Positions 9,594 to 19,281 of a stretch of 41,289 bases of DNA are shown in pieces (position 1 is the first letter of the stretch; the number at the start of each line of letters is the position of its first letter). Location of the stretch: IMG/VR virus record IMGVR_UViG_3300037851_000713, positions 1 to 41,289 of that record; one strand, given 5' to 3'. A program made the translations under genes and the position numbers. Under the pieces are notes generated by a model. It was not told the origin of the DNA. It ran no database searches and saw nothing but the letters and a program-made list of their open reading frames with translations. The DNA is from a virus (taxonomy: Duplodnaviria; Caudoviricetes).

Positions 9594-9968
9594 CTAGGAC
9601 GCCAGCTTGTCGCGCGCCATGAGGATGGCGCTTGCCAACACCGGCCCCGTGGTGACGGTGGCCACCAGGCGCACGTGCGAGCGGATCTTCTTCTTCTCGA
9701 CCGACAGCCGGCCCGTAGCGCCGGCCGTGGTGATCGAAGCACTGGCCACGGCCGGCGAGAGATCCGCAGCGCCCGTGCCGCTGCCGTCGGTGGCGTCCTG
9801 CAGCTTGAAGATCACGCTGCCGGTGATGGCGCCGCAGTTGTACAGGAAGGTCAGGATCCCTTCCAGGTTGCCCACCGCGAGCCACGGGCCGTTGTTGGCG
9901 CCCGCCGACCATGAGGTGGCCCGCAGCGCCTCGGCGGGCGTTGCGGCATACGCTTCACTTGCCAGCAT
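9594..9968 (-). CDS. Virion structural protein (possible capsid decoration), 124 aa
   Basis: Beta-rich (FKLQDATDGSGTGAADL, SHVRLVATV), downstream of the capsid gene. Confidence 0.5.
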   Translation of the reverse strand: MLASEAYAATPAEALRATSWSAGANNGPWLAVGNLEGILTFLYNCGAITGSVIFKLQDATDGSGTGAADLSPAVASASITTAGATGRLSVEKKKIRSHVRLVATVTTGPVLASAILMARDKLAS

Positions 9969-10176
9969 CTTTGCTTCCTTTCGCCGGCTTCGGTGCCAGC
10001 GCTGGGGCGGTTTCGATGGTCATCGGACCCGAGCGGGCAACCGGCGCACCGGCAACCAACTCGGCCTTGCCCATGGCGACGATCTCCCGGCCGATGGGGT
10101 CCGGGAGATCGAGCACCGTTCCGGGCTCCTGGCGCTCTCCCTTGTGAAGGAAAGCGCGCGTCACTTTCACCTGCAT
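9955..10176 (-). CDS. Small head-associated protein, 73 aa
   Basis: MQVKVTRAFLHKGERQEPGTVLDLP...EIVAMGKAE, a type commonly found just after capsid genes. Confidence 0.55.
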   Translation of the reverse strand: MQVKVTRAFLHKGERQEPGTVLDLPDPIGREIVAMGKAELVAGAPVARSGPMTIETAPALAPKPAKGSKDAGK

Positions 10177-10191
10177 GGCGGATCAGCCGGA

Positions 10192-12183
10192 TCAGGTGAT
10201 CGACGAGGCGTAGCTGAACGCCCCAGGGTAGGACACCCCGACATCGCAGGTGTACCAGCCGCGCACGGCCGTCAGCCCGCGCGTGAAGTCGCTGAACGGG
10301 TTGGTCATCAGCTCGAGCACGCCCCACTCCGCCAGGATGACGCCGGGCCACCATCCGAACAGCATGGTGGCACTCGACATCTGGCCGCTGGCCATGGCGC
10401 GGAAGCCGAAGAGCGAACCTTCGAGCAGGTTGCCCTGCCACAGCCGCGTGGTGCCGGTGGACGGCAGTTCCGGCCGCGCCGACAGCAGCGCCGCCACGGC
10501 AGGCGTGGTGACGTAGCCGCAGCCCGGCATCAGGCCATTGTTGGCGGCGACATCGCTCTGGAACTCCAGGACGCCCGCAGCGGCGAGCGACGTGCCGCTC
10601 ACGGAGCCGACGCCCGAGGTGCCGACGATGCCCTGCGGCTGGCCGCTGGCGCCGCTGCCGCGCAGGATGCCCACGTCGAGCGCCAGGCCGATGTCGCGCG
10701 CGATGCGCGTGAGCACCAGTTGCTCGGCGTCGGGCGTGGACTGCGAAATGAGCTGATGCGACAGCTCGGTCAGCGCGGCCACGTTCTTCGGCGAGAGCGA
10801 CAGTTGCCCGATGGTGGGCTGGCTTTCGGTGATCTGCGTCGTCTCGTCGGAGAGCCAGTACGCGGTGTTGCCGGCCGTCATCTTCGGGATCGTGACATTG
10901 CCGACCAGTCCGGGCAGGCGCTGAACGCCCATGCGCAGGCCGACGCTGGTGTTGCTCAGCAGGTCGATGAAGTTGCCCGGGCGGTTCTGCGTGCCGATCA
11001 GGTAGTTGGAGCCCGACACGCCGGCGGCCGTCATGTCGCGCATCATCACGTCCAGCGGCACGAAGAAGCTGGTTTCCGTGCGCGGCAGCTTGTTCAGCCG
11101 CTTGCTGATCTCACGGTTGCACTCCAGCTCGAGACCGGCGTTTTTCCAGTCGCGCGACATGCTGGAACGCAGGGCGCGCATCACCGAGTAGTGGCGCACG
11201 TCCTTGGCTTCGAGGTCGAGCTTGGCCAGGCCCTGCGGGTTGTTGCGGCCGCGCTCGTCCAGGATGCGGACCAGATCGTCGCTGATCTGCTTCCAGCTCG
11301 CGCCGGACTGAATCCAGTGATCGGCATAGCGCTCGTCGAGCTTGTTGGCCCGGCACAGGTTGTTGACCGCCTCGCGGTGGTCCTTGGTCGCCTGCACCGG
11401 GTCGAAGACCGCGGCGGCCGGTTGCTGGACCTGCACTTCCGCGACTACGCCCGCGGCGGCGGTGTTGCTGTCAGCCATGTTTTTGGCCTCCGTATGAGCG
11501 GCGGCTGCCGCGGGTTGTGAAACAGCCGGCGAGGCCGCAGGGCGGCCCGCCGTTCGGCCGATGCCGACGGAGTTGTCCGCCGGCACGGTGACGAGTGAGT
11601 TCTCGAGCGGCTCGAAGTCGACGATGCGAAACACCACCGGCTCGTCGTCGGCGCGCTCGAGGCGGCCGGCGGCAGCATCGAGCGCGCGGAAGAAAGCGCC
11701 GCGGTCTTCGGCGCCGGATTCGGCGGCGCGGGACAACAGCCCGCGGAACAGCGCGCCGTCGTGCTCGCGCTCGATGCGCTGGCCGTCCTTGGTGGTCGAC
11801 TGCTCGACGACCTTGTGAATGCGGTAGCCGACGCTGGCCTTGACCAGAATGCCGCGCTCCACCAGGCCGATGGTGTCGCGGCCTTTCTGCGTGACGCTTT
11901 CGATGCGCACCTGCCCGCGCAGCACGCGGTCTTTGTCGGCGCGAACGCTGCCCGGCACGTGAGTGCCGCGCAGGTCGTTCCAGTCGTGATTGAACAGCAG
12001 GGGGGCGCCGTCGTTCAGGCGGCCCAGCCGAACGGATTTCTCGGAGATGTCGAGAATCTCGACGCCCCACCAGCGTTCATAGGGCTCTTCCGAGGCGAAC
12101 GCCATCTCGACAGACAGATCGCCGGTGGCCCCGTCGCGCTTTGCAGCGCCGAGGCGAAACTCCCGGTCAAGGTCCATGCACAC
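10192..12183 (-). CDS. Prohead protease - major capsid protein fusion (HK97 fold), 663 aa
   Basis: N-terminal HK97-type protease motifs (PLLFNHDW, ASVGY, ENSLVTVPAD) and C-terminal capsid motifs (AYWLSDE, LSLSPKNVAALTELSHQL, GSGASGQPQGI). Internal ATG at 11478 has a GGAGG RBS. Confidence 0.92.
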   Translation of the reverse strand: MCMDLDREFRLGAAKRDGATGDLSVEMAFASEEPYERWWGVEILDISEKSVRLGRLNDGAPLLFNHDWNDLRGTHVPGSVRADKDRVLRGQVRIESVTQKGRDTIGLVERGILVKASVGYRIHKVVEQSTTKDGQRIEREHDGALFRGLLSRAAESGAEDRGAFFRALDAAAGRLERADDEPVVFRIVDFEPLENSLVTVPADNSVGIGRTAGRPAASPAVSQPAAAAAHTEAKNMADSNTAAAGVVAEVQVQQPAAAVFDPVQATKDHREAVNNLCRANKLDERYADHWIQSGASWKQISDDLVRILDERGRNNPQGLAKLDLEAKDVRHYSVMRALRSSMSRDWKNAGLELECNREISKRLNKLPRTETSFFVPLDVMMRDMTAAGVSGSNYLIGTQNRPGNFIDLLSNTSVGLRMGVQRLPGLVGNVTIPKMTAGNTAYWLSDETTQITESQPTIGQLSLSPKNVAALTELSHQLISQSTPDAEQLVLTRIARDIGLALDVGILRGSGASGQPQGIVGTSGVGSVSGTSLAAAGVLEFQSDVAANNGLMPGCGYVTTPAVAALLSARPELPSTGTTRLWQGNLLEGSLFGFRAMASGQMSSATMLFGWWPGVILAEWGVLELMTNPFSDFTRGLTAVRGWYTCDVGVSYPGAFSYASSIT

Positions 12184-13799
12184 TACCTCCGAAGTGAAAC
12201 GACCCGCTCGTGGCGGGCCGTCTTTTGCCGTTCGTCATCGCCCTGCGGCGGATCGTCCGGCGAGACAGCCTCTTCAGGCTCTTTCGTTTCTTCGACCGTG
12301 GTGTCCACGTCGATGCCGGCCTGCTCGAACATTTCCAGCTCGCGCTTGCGGGTGGCGATCACGTCTTCGATGTCGAGGCCGCCGGCGGTCTGGCGGATCA
12401 CGTCGCTTACGGTCGTGAAGCCGGCCCGCACCGCTTCCTTGTAACTCTCGACCTCGCGCGCCGGGTCGATCCACTGCCAGCCGCGGCACTTGAAGATCGC
12501 CGCCTCGAACTGGGCGGGGCGCAGCCAGTATTCCGCCGGTGCCACGGCACCGATGGCCTCGGCTTCCATGGCCCGCTGCAGCCACAGCCGATGCAGCGGC
12601 TGGCGGAAGCTGCGCACCCACCACTGCTGCAGCACGCGCCACAGATCGCGGTCATCGAGCAGCGCCAGGCGCGAACTGCTGTAGTTGCTCTGACTGTAGT
12701 CCCGGCTCAGGCTTTCGTAGCTGGGGCCGACGCCGGCCGAGATCTCGCGCAGCATGTAGCGCATGAACGGATCCAGCGCCGTGTTCGGCCGGTTGGGCGA
12801 GTGAAACGAGAACTTCTCGCCGGAGCCAAGCTGCTCGATGGCCAGCGGTTCGATGTGCATTTCCGGCCGCGCCGCTTCGCCGGTGCCGGCGGTCGTGCCC
12901 AGCGGGTTGTCGGGGTCGTTGGTTTCGATCGTCCCGAAGTACATGCTGGCCGCCCGCGCGGCGGCCAGCTCGCTGGCGGTGTACTCGTTCATGTCGTCGA
13001 GCTTGCGCAGCGTGGCATGCAGCCACGGCTCGCCGCGGCTTTGCGGCCAGCGATCGATCAGCCGCAGGTGAAACATCTCGTCGGCTGGCACGCGCTCGTA
13101 GCGGTCAGCGCGCTCGCGCTCGCGCAGATCGCCCGGATGGCCGCGGCGCACCCAGTAGGCGAGCGCGCGGCCGAAAGCGTCCTGTTCGACGCCCATGACC
13201 AGGAACGCGCCGGGCGTGACGCCGTCGAAGCGCATGTAGTCCTCGGCCAGCCGCTCGGGCTCGACGACTTCCAGCGCCATGGGTACGCGGCTGCGGCCCA
13301 GCGACACGCGATGCGCACGGACCAACACCTCGCCGGCATCGAACACCTGTCCGATGAGCAGCCGCTCCATGTCGGCAAAGTGCAGCGCGCCGCCCGTGTG
13401 GCACGCATCGGCGGCGCACCAGGCACCCCAACCGGCCTCGATGGCGTCGTTGACGGCCTTGCGCAGGTCGCCGGATTCCGTCATGACCTGCGCCTGCACG
13501 TCGATGCCGGCACCGACGACGTTGTTCTGCACCAGCAGCCGGGCGCGCTTGGCGTAGGCGCTGTCGCGGATCATCTGCCGCGACCGGGCGCGCAGCATTT
13601 GCAGGCTGGAATGCAGCTCCGCGTCCGCGCTGGCGTTGCCGCTGCTGCCGAACCATGCCGTCAACCGAGACTGCCGCGCTGCAGCGTACATGCGCGTGGT
13701 GGGCACCATTTTGGGCGGCGCCGGCGGCAACATGCGCGTCGGCACCGCAAAAAACGACGCCAGCCCGCGCCGCAGGCGCGTCATCAGCGGCTCACCCAC
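12183..13799 (-). CDS. Portal protein, lambda family
   Basis: LRARSRQMIRD, GVEQDAFGRALAYW, YESLSRDYSQSNYSSSRLALL, WQWIDPAREV motifs. Confidence 0.93.
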   Translation of the reverse strand: MGEPLMTRLRRGLASFFAVPTRMLPPAPPKMVPTTRMYAAARQSRLTAWFGSSGNASADAELHSSLQMLRARSRQMIRDSAYAKRARLLVQNNVVGAGIDVQAQVMTESGDLRKAVNDAIEAGWGAWCAADACHTGGALHFADMERLLIGQVFDAGEVLVRAHRVSLGRSRVPMALEVVEPERLAEDYMRFDGVTPGAFLVMGVEQDAFGRALAYWVRRGHPGDLRERERADRYERVPADEMFHLRLIDRWPQSRGEPWLHATLRKLDDMNEYTASELAAARAASMYFGTIETNDPDNPLGTTAGTGEAARPEMHIEPLAIEQLGSGEKFSFHSPNRPNTALDPFMRYMLREISAGVGPSYESLSRDYSQSNYSSSRLALLDDRDLWRVLQQWWVRSFRQPLHRLWLQRAMEAEAIGAVAPAEYWLRPAQFEAAIFKCRGWQWIDPAREVESYKEAVRAGFTTVSDVIRQTAGGLDIEDVIATRKRELEMFEQAGIDVDTTVEETKEPEEAVSPDDPPQGDDERQKTARHERVVSLRR

Positions 13800-14421
13800 G
13801 GCCGAGCCTCAGATAAGTGCGGTACGGGTCCGGCTCGCCGCGCTCTCGCGCGGTGCGGCGGCGCTCGCGCTTCAGTTCCATGGCGATCTCCGATTTCAGT
13901 TGCAGCAGCGAGGACATGGCCTTGTCGGGGTCCGAGTAGCGCATGCGCCGGTCGCCGATCTGGTACTCGAGCACGCCACCCATGGCGCCGTTGCCGGTGC
14001 CGACAGCCGCGGCGCGGGCGGCGGCGTCGCCGATGGCGTCGATCACGTCGTCCCACGCTTTCTGCGCCGGGCTGCGGCCGTCGTACCCCGCCGCGGCCGT
14101 GCGCGGGTTGGCTTTGATCTCGCACTGATCGAACAGCGGCTCGACCGTGTAGACCTCGGCGCCCTTCTCGACCCACGCGGCCACGGAGTACCAGCCGGCG
14201 CCCCACAAGGCGGTGACGCTGGCCGGCACGGCAATCCAGTAGTCGTCGCCGCTGGTGGCGGCGGTGATGGCGATGGCGGTGCCGGCACCGGAGCGCGGCA
14301 GCAGCCGGTACTTGAGCGTCCAGCCGTCGGCATGGGCGTAGACGATGCCGTCCGGCCCGGTCGGCGCCGGCGTGGTGAAGCTCAACGTGTCGCCGGCGAC
14401 CAGCGTTTGCACTTGCGTCAT
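13792..14421 (-). CDS. Head completion protein (gpW-like C-terminus with N-terminal extension), 209 aa
   Basis: EYQIGDRRMRY...LLQLKSEIAMELKRE segment, immediately before the portal. Confidence 0.65.
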   Translation of the reverse strand: MTQVQTLVAGDTLSFTTPAPTGPDGIVYAHADGWTLKYRLLPRSGAGTAIAITAATSGDDYWIAVPASVTALWGAGWYSVAAWVEKGAEVYTVEPLFDQCEIKANPRTAAAGYDGRSPAQKAWDDVIDAIGDAAARAAAVGTGNGAMGGVLEYQIGDRRMRYSDPDKAMSSLLQLKSEIAMELKRERRRTARERGEPDPYRTYLRLGRG

Positions 14422-16427
14422 TGCAGATCCCCGAGCTTGCGTTTCGGTACGCGCGCGGCCGGCAGCCGGGGCGCGCGCACGTTGCCCAAAGCCAGCCGCC
14501 CGCCGGCGGCCTGTGGTGCCGCGCTGCCGATGCGGCGGGCCCGCGCTTCGGCGGCCTCGACCCCGAAGCGGCGGGCAGCAATTTCCAGCGCGGCATCGCG
14601 CAGGCGCCGCGGGCCGAACGATTCGATGTCGTCCAGACCGTAGGCCGAGAACGCGCCGCCGGCGGCGGCCTGCTCGGTCACCAGGGCGGCAAAGATGCCG
14701 GAGGCGGCAATCACGTCGCCGCCGGCCGCCTGCTCTGCCACCGTGGCGAGCCAGTACAGATCAGCCGCCACGGCATCGGCCGCGGCCAGCGTCTCCGAGA
14801 GATCCGCGGCGCGAATGGTGATCGGCGCGAAGGATCCCGCGGCAGCCGCGGCGTCGCTCACCTGCACGCCAGCAACCACGCCGGAGATCAGATCGCCGCC
14901 CGCGGCGGCGGCATCCGCCAGCGCGGCGGGCGAGGTCAACTGCGGCGCCAAGGCATCAGCGGCATCGGCTTGCGCGGCCAGGGAGACCTCGCCCTGCCCC
15001 TGCCCGAGCACCGCATCCGTTGCGGCAGCGGCATCCGCCAGCGCCGCGGGCGCCGTGAGCTGCGGCGCCAGCGCGTCGGCAGCCGAGACCACGGCGGCAA
15101 GCGCGGCCGCGCCCACCCCTTGCGCGGACAGCGCTTCGGCAGCGGCGGCAGCATCCGCCAGAGTGGCTGGCGCGGTCAGTTGCGGCGCCAACGCATCGGC
15201 AGCATCCGCCTGCGCGGCGACGACGACGTCGCCCTGCCCTTGCGCCGTGAGCGCATCCGCCGCCGCGGCGGCATCGGCCAGCGCGGCGGGCGCGGTGAGC
15301 TGCGGCACCACGGCGTCGGTGGCCGTGGCCGCATCGTCGATCGCCGCTGCGCCCGAGCCCTGCGCGGCGAGCTGCTCGGTGGCTGCGGCGGTGGCGGCGA
15401 CATAGGCCGTCCGGCTTGTCGCCAACGGCACCCGCAATTCCGCCCGGGCGATGCGGATGTCGACGGTCGACTGCAGCGCCGAGGTGTACACGGCGTCCGC
15501 CACGGCCGAATCCGCCAGCGCCGCGCCGACGATCAGTTCGGCCGCCATCGCGTCGGCAGCCACCGCCGCCTCAGAAACGGCCGCAGGGGCGATCAGCGAC
15601 CCGGCGAGGGTATCCGTCGCCGCCGCCGCGTTTGCAAGCGCAGTGGCCGACGTCGTGGCTCCGGCAAGGCTTTCCGAGGCGCCGGCAGCCGCGGCAAGCT
15701 GCGCGGCGATGCTGGTCGCCAGCGGCACCCGGAGTTCCGCCCGAGCGATGCGGATGTCGGTCGTCGGCGCCTGCGGGGCAGCGTCCACCGCGCCGGTCGC
15801 CGCCGCGGAGTCGGCCAACGTGGCCGGCACCGTCAACTGCGGCGCCAATGCGTCTGACGCCGCCGCGGTGTCGCCGGCCGCCGCCGCGAACGTGCCCTGT
15901 GCGGTCAGGCTATCCGAGGCCGCCGACGAGTCGGCAAGTGCCAACGGAGGCGGCGTGTAGTCCACCGTGAGGCGGACGTACTCGATGACGAACGTGACCG
16001 CCGTGTTGCTGTTGCCGCGCCGCGACCGGGAGCGCAGCCGCACAACGTCCGCGGTGCGCAAGTCCGACAGCGAGATGCCCGAGACGACCGTGTGCGTTAG
16101 CGCCGTGTCCGACGCAGGCTCGCTGGTGTTCGACTGCTCCGTGCCGACCGAAGTCGTGCTGATGAACAGTTGCGCGTACTGCTCGGCAATCGAAGACGTC
16201 GTGCTGACCGCAAACGCCAGTTGCGCAGCAACCGAGTTGATGGTCGAACCGTCGGGGATGTCCGAGGTCGTGAAGGCCGGGAACCCCCAGTAAGCGGACA
16301 CGTCCGCGTTCTTGGCCGGCGCGCAAGTAGCCCACGCCGAGTCGCCAGTCGCATAAGCGTTCGCCGGACTGGTGTAGCCCGTCGTGATCGCCGTGTGCGC
16401 GTTCGCGTACTTGGTGAGGGTCGGCAC
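14418..16427 (-). CDS. Ala-rich repeat fibre-like virion protein, 669 aa
   Basis: N-terminal ~160 aa beta-rich domain followed by 20/40-aa repeats (LADAAAAxDALAPQLTAP). Confidence 0.6.
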   Translation of the reverse strand: MPTLTKYANAHTAITTGYTSPANAYATGDSAWATCAPAKNADVSAYWGFPAFTTSDIPDGSTINSVAAQLAFAVSTTSSIAEQYAQLFISTTSVGTEQSNTSEPASDTALTHTVVSGISLSDLRTADVVRLRSRSRRGNSNTAVTFVIEYVRLTVDYTPPPLALADSSAASDSLTAQGTFAAAAGDTAAASDALAPQLTVPATLADSAAATGAVDAAPQAPTTDIRIARAELRVPLATSIAAQLAAAAGASESLAGATTSATALANAAAATDTLAGSLIAPAAVSEAAVAADAMAAELIVGAALADSAVADAVYTSALQSTVDIRIARAELRVPLATSRTAYVAATAAATEQLAAQGSGAAAIDDAATATDAVVPQLTAPAALADAAAAADALTAQGQGDVVVAAQADAADALAPQLTAPATLADAAAAAEALSAQGVGAAALAAVVSAADALAPQLTAPAALADAAAATDAVLGQGQGEVSLAAQADAADALAPQLTSPAALADAAAAGGDLISGVVAGVQVSDAAAAAGSFAPITIRAADLSETLAAADAVAADLYWLATVAEQAAGGDVIAASGIFAALVTEQAAAGGAFSAYGLDDIESFGPRRLRDAALEIAARRFGVEAAEARARRIGSAAPQAAGGRLALGNVRAPRLPAARVPKRKLGDLQ
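14900..15370. repeat. Coding tandem repeat, 120-bp period
   Basis: tgcggcRcca recurs at 14941, 15061, 15181 and 15301. Confidence 0.75.
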
Positions 16428-16428
16428 G

Positions 16429-17784
16429 TCAGTGCACCGTGAAGCGGTGCTGCAACTGCGAGTGGTTGCTGATCGCGGCGGCCTCGCCTTCGGTCAGCGT
16501 CCAGACGTACTCCTGCCCGGCCACCGGCGAGGCGATCGTGCGCGTGGCGATCTGCGTCCCGTTGACCAGCACCTCGACTTCGAGCGATCCGCTTGGCGTG
16601 AACCCGTCGGCCAACGTGATGCGCAGTTCGTAGCCGGCATCGACCGAGGGGTCGTCGAGGTCCGAGCCGTCCGGCCGCTGAATCTCGCCCACGTAGCTCG
16701 ACTCCGTGGCCGTGCAGCGGATGTAGGTGCCGGCGTCCTCGTCCTTGAGCAGCGCGGCAAAGTCCGTGCCGGCGCTCGCGGTCCATGCGCCGACGCTGAC
16801 GTCGGTGTACGGGCGGCCGGGCTGATAGCCGCTCGACCCAAGCGCGTCGGCCGCGGCCACCGCGTCAGCAACAGCGCCGTTCGCCGTCAGTTGCGGAGCG
16901 AAGGCGTCGGCAGCCGTTGCGGCGTCGGCCAACGCACGGTTGGCCGTCAGTTGCGGCGTCAGCACCTCGGAGAGCGCGCCGGCACCGGCGAGCGCCGCGT
17001 TGGCGATCAGAGAAGCGCCGAGCGTGTCGCCGAGCGCAGCGAGATCGGCAACCGTCGCAGAGAACGCATTCTGCGCCGCGGTAAATGTGTCGGCGGAAGC
17101 GGCGGAGTCCGCGACCGCGGCGGAAACCGTTAGCTGCGGCGCAAGCGCGTCTGCGGCACTTGCGGAATCTTCCAGCGAGGCGTTGAACGACCCTCCGCCC
17201 GCGCTCGTCGGAGCGGTGTCGCCGTTGGTGCCGACCCCGAACTTGCGCCACTTCTGAATGGTGCTTGTTACCGCACCAGCCAGTATGCCAACCCACCCGG
17301 CGGCAGTGACCTCCGAGTCGGTGGTGTCAATCTCCCAAGTGCTCGGCTCCGTGTCGCCAGCCAGCCATTGACGGGCCTTGATCGACGTGCCGACGACTCG
17401 CATCCGCACCGCGTACCACGTGTCTGCGACCGGCGTGAACGCAGTTCCTGTTCCAATCGTTGTGTTTGTACCGCCGACAACCTTGCCGATTTGCAGGCCG
17501 TTATTCCGCATCCGACACACGTAAGCGGTAGGGCCGTCCACTGCGCGGCCGAAGTATTGCCGGTGCCCGGTACTCGACAGCCATGCCGACTGCGAGATCT
17601 CGCTGTAAATCTCGAAGTCGTCGCGGTCGGCGTCCGCGTCAATGTCGTCCCAAGAGATGCCCTCTTGGGTGTTTCCGGACTCCGAGAGTTCGTCGCCGCT
17701 GACGCTCCATGTAGCGGCTGTCTGCCAACGGTCGGCAGTCCAGTCCGCTATGCCGTCGGTGAAGTCGCGGAAGTAAGTCGCCAT
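16429..17784 (-). CDS. Fibre-like protein: lectin/beta-sandwich-like N-domain, Ala-rich repeats, C-terminal beta domain, 451 aa
   Basis: Trp/Thr/Asp-rich N-terminus (WYAVRMRVVGTSIKARQW), and the same LADxAAAxDALAPQLT repeats as 14418-16427. Confidence 0.55.
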   Translation of the reverse strand: MATYFRDFTDGIADWTADRWQTAATWSVSGDELSESGNTQEGISWDDIDADADRDDFEIYSEISQSAWLSSTGHRQYFGRAVDGPTAYVCRMRNNGLQIGKVVGGTNTTIGTGTAFTPVADTWYAVRMRVVGTSIKARQWLAGDTEPSTWEIDTTDSEVTAAGWVGILAGAVTSTIQKWRKFGVGTNGDTAPTSAGGGSFNASLEDSASAADALAPQLTVSAAVADSAASADTFTAAQNAFSATVADLAALGDTLGASLIANAALAGAGALSEVLTPQLTANRALADAATAADAFAPQLTANGAVADAVAAADALGSSGYQPGRPYTDVSVGAWTASAGTDFAALLKDEDAGTYIRCTATESSYVGEIQRPDGSDLDDPSVDAGYELRITLADGFTPSGSLEVEVLVNGTQIATRTIASPVAGQEYVWTLTEGEAAAISNHSQLQHRFTVH

Positions 17785-17795
17785 GTGGCGGCCCC

Positions 17796-18182
17796 CTAGC
17801 CTTCTACGTCAACCACGTCACCCGATTCAACGTCGGTGTCAGTCTGCAGCTGCCCCTTGAGATGTTGCAGGATTTCGCGGATGGTGGACTGATTGTTGAG
17901 CCCGGTGAACGTGAAACCAGCGTTTGTCAGGAACGTCTGCACGGCGCTGCGAGTGCCGGCAGGCACAGTGCCCCACGTGTTGTCCAAGCTCGCGTCGGGC
18001 ATGATGCGGATGTCGTTGTCGTCGCCGAACTGGCTGACGTTGTTCGTCGCCAGTTGCCCGAGGCAGAAGTTGAACCCGGTCTTTGTCCACACGCGATAGT
18101 TGACGTTCGGGTAGGAACCAACCTTTGGCTCCCACTCGTTTGGGTCGACCTCGACGAGACGACACACGAACCAGCGTTTCAT
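17796..18182 (-). CDS. Hypothetical protein, 128 aa
   Basis: Coupled to the peptidase stop (ATGA). Lower GC than its flanks. Confidence 0.65.
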   Translation of the reverse strand: MKRWFVCRLVEVDPNEWEPKVGSYPNVNYRVWTKTGFNFCLGQLATNNVSQFGDDNDIRIMPDASLDNTWGTVPAGTRSAVQTFLTNAGFTFTGLNNQSTIREILQHLKGQLQTDTDVESGDVVDVEG

Positions 18183-19279
18183 GGCCCCTCCACGGTGACA
18201 GTCAGGGTTGTATCCGTGCGCGCGTCAACGCGCACCGTGATGCCGAGCGCCGGGCTCGACCACTGCTGCCCGACGCGCAACGCGCCGTTGCGGTGGTCGT
18301 TGTCGCCGGGCGTCATGTCGAGCAGACAAGAACTGCTGATGCAGTTCGCGTAGTAGGACCGGCCGCTGGCGGAGATCGCGTGCCACGCGCCGCGCACGGT
18401 CAGCATGGCCCCGTCGGTGTAGCTGTTGAGCGACAGCTTCGTGAGCATCCGTGCGTCGAAGCCGAGCGGCGCCCGGTACTCGATGTAGAGCACAAGCGGC
18501 GAATGCGTCGTCGCCCCCGGCATATGCCCGAGATTGACCGCCACCGCGCTCGGCAGCGGACCGGGCGTGTAGGCGGGTCCGATGACGTAGGTCGCCTTGC
18601 CGCTGGTGTGCGCGACCGGCTGCGACCAACGCAGGATGCTCCGATGCGGAGCCGCGGTGGTCTGGTACTGGCCGGCCGTGCCCATGACGTCCGCCGAGTT
18701 GCCGTACTCTCGGCCGGTGCAGTACGGGCCGAGCGGCACGCCGCCGATGCAACCGAGGCTGTTCGCGTGCCCGACGCCTTCAGTGTGCAGAAGCTCGTGC
18801 GCGAGGACCGCGATGTTCGGAGTTCCCCACATGATGACGAGCTTCACGGACTGCATGGCAGTGCCGGCCTCGTTCATGTAGTAGAAATTGCTCGCAAACG
18901 AGTTGCCGCAGCCGCCCTGCGACCGCACAGCGGACAGCACGAGCGTCTTGTAGTCCTCCAAGCGGTAGCCGGCCGCGCGGATGGCTGCCGCCAGCAGCGG
19001 GTAGCTCGGCGTGTTGCACGTCCCGGTCGGCCACGTCTGCGGCAGCACCAGCGCCGTCGGGATCACGTCGCCGGTCAGCGCGTGCGCGCCGCCGCTGCCT
19101 TCGGCGTAGAACGCCCGAACCGAGTTCGGCGCCGTGAACAGCGCCTTGCTCCACGAAGCCGGGCTGGCGACGTTCGGCTTGTCCGAGTACCCGACGACGA
19201 CGCCGAGCACGCGCGTTTCAGCCGCCATGCCGCCCGTGGCGACGAGCATGGCGACGAGCGCCGACAAAAGGCGCTGCAC
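18179..19279 (-). CDS. Zinc metalloprotease (metzincin, M11/M6-like) with predicted signal peptide, 366 aa
   Basis: GTG at 19279; hydrophobic N-terminus (QRLLSALVAMLVATGGMAA); HELLHTEGVGH (HExxHxxGxxH); EYGNSADVMG Met-turn. Confidence 0.8.
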   Translation of the reverse strand: MQRLLSALVAMLVATGGMAAETRVLGVVVGYSDKPNVASPASWSKALFTAPNSVRAFYAEGSGGAHALTGDVIPTALVLPQTWPTGTCNTPSYPLLAAAIRAAGYRLEDYKTLVLSAVRSQGGCGNSFASNFYYMNEAGTAMQSVKLVIMWGTPNIAVLAHELLHTEGVGHANSLGCIGGVPLGPYCTGREYGNSADVMGTAGQYQTTAAPHRSILRWSQPVAHTSGKATYVIGPAYTPGPLPSAVAVNLGHMPGATTHSPLVLYIEYRAPLGFDARMLTKLSLNSYTDGAMLTVRGAWHAISASGRSYYANCISSSCLLDMTPGDNDHRNGALRVGQQWSSPALGITVRVDARTDTTLTVTVEGP

Positions 19280-19281
19280 GG

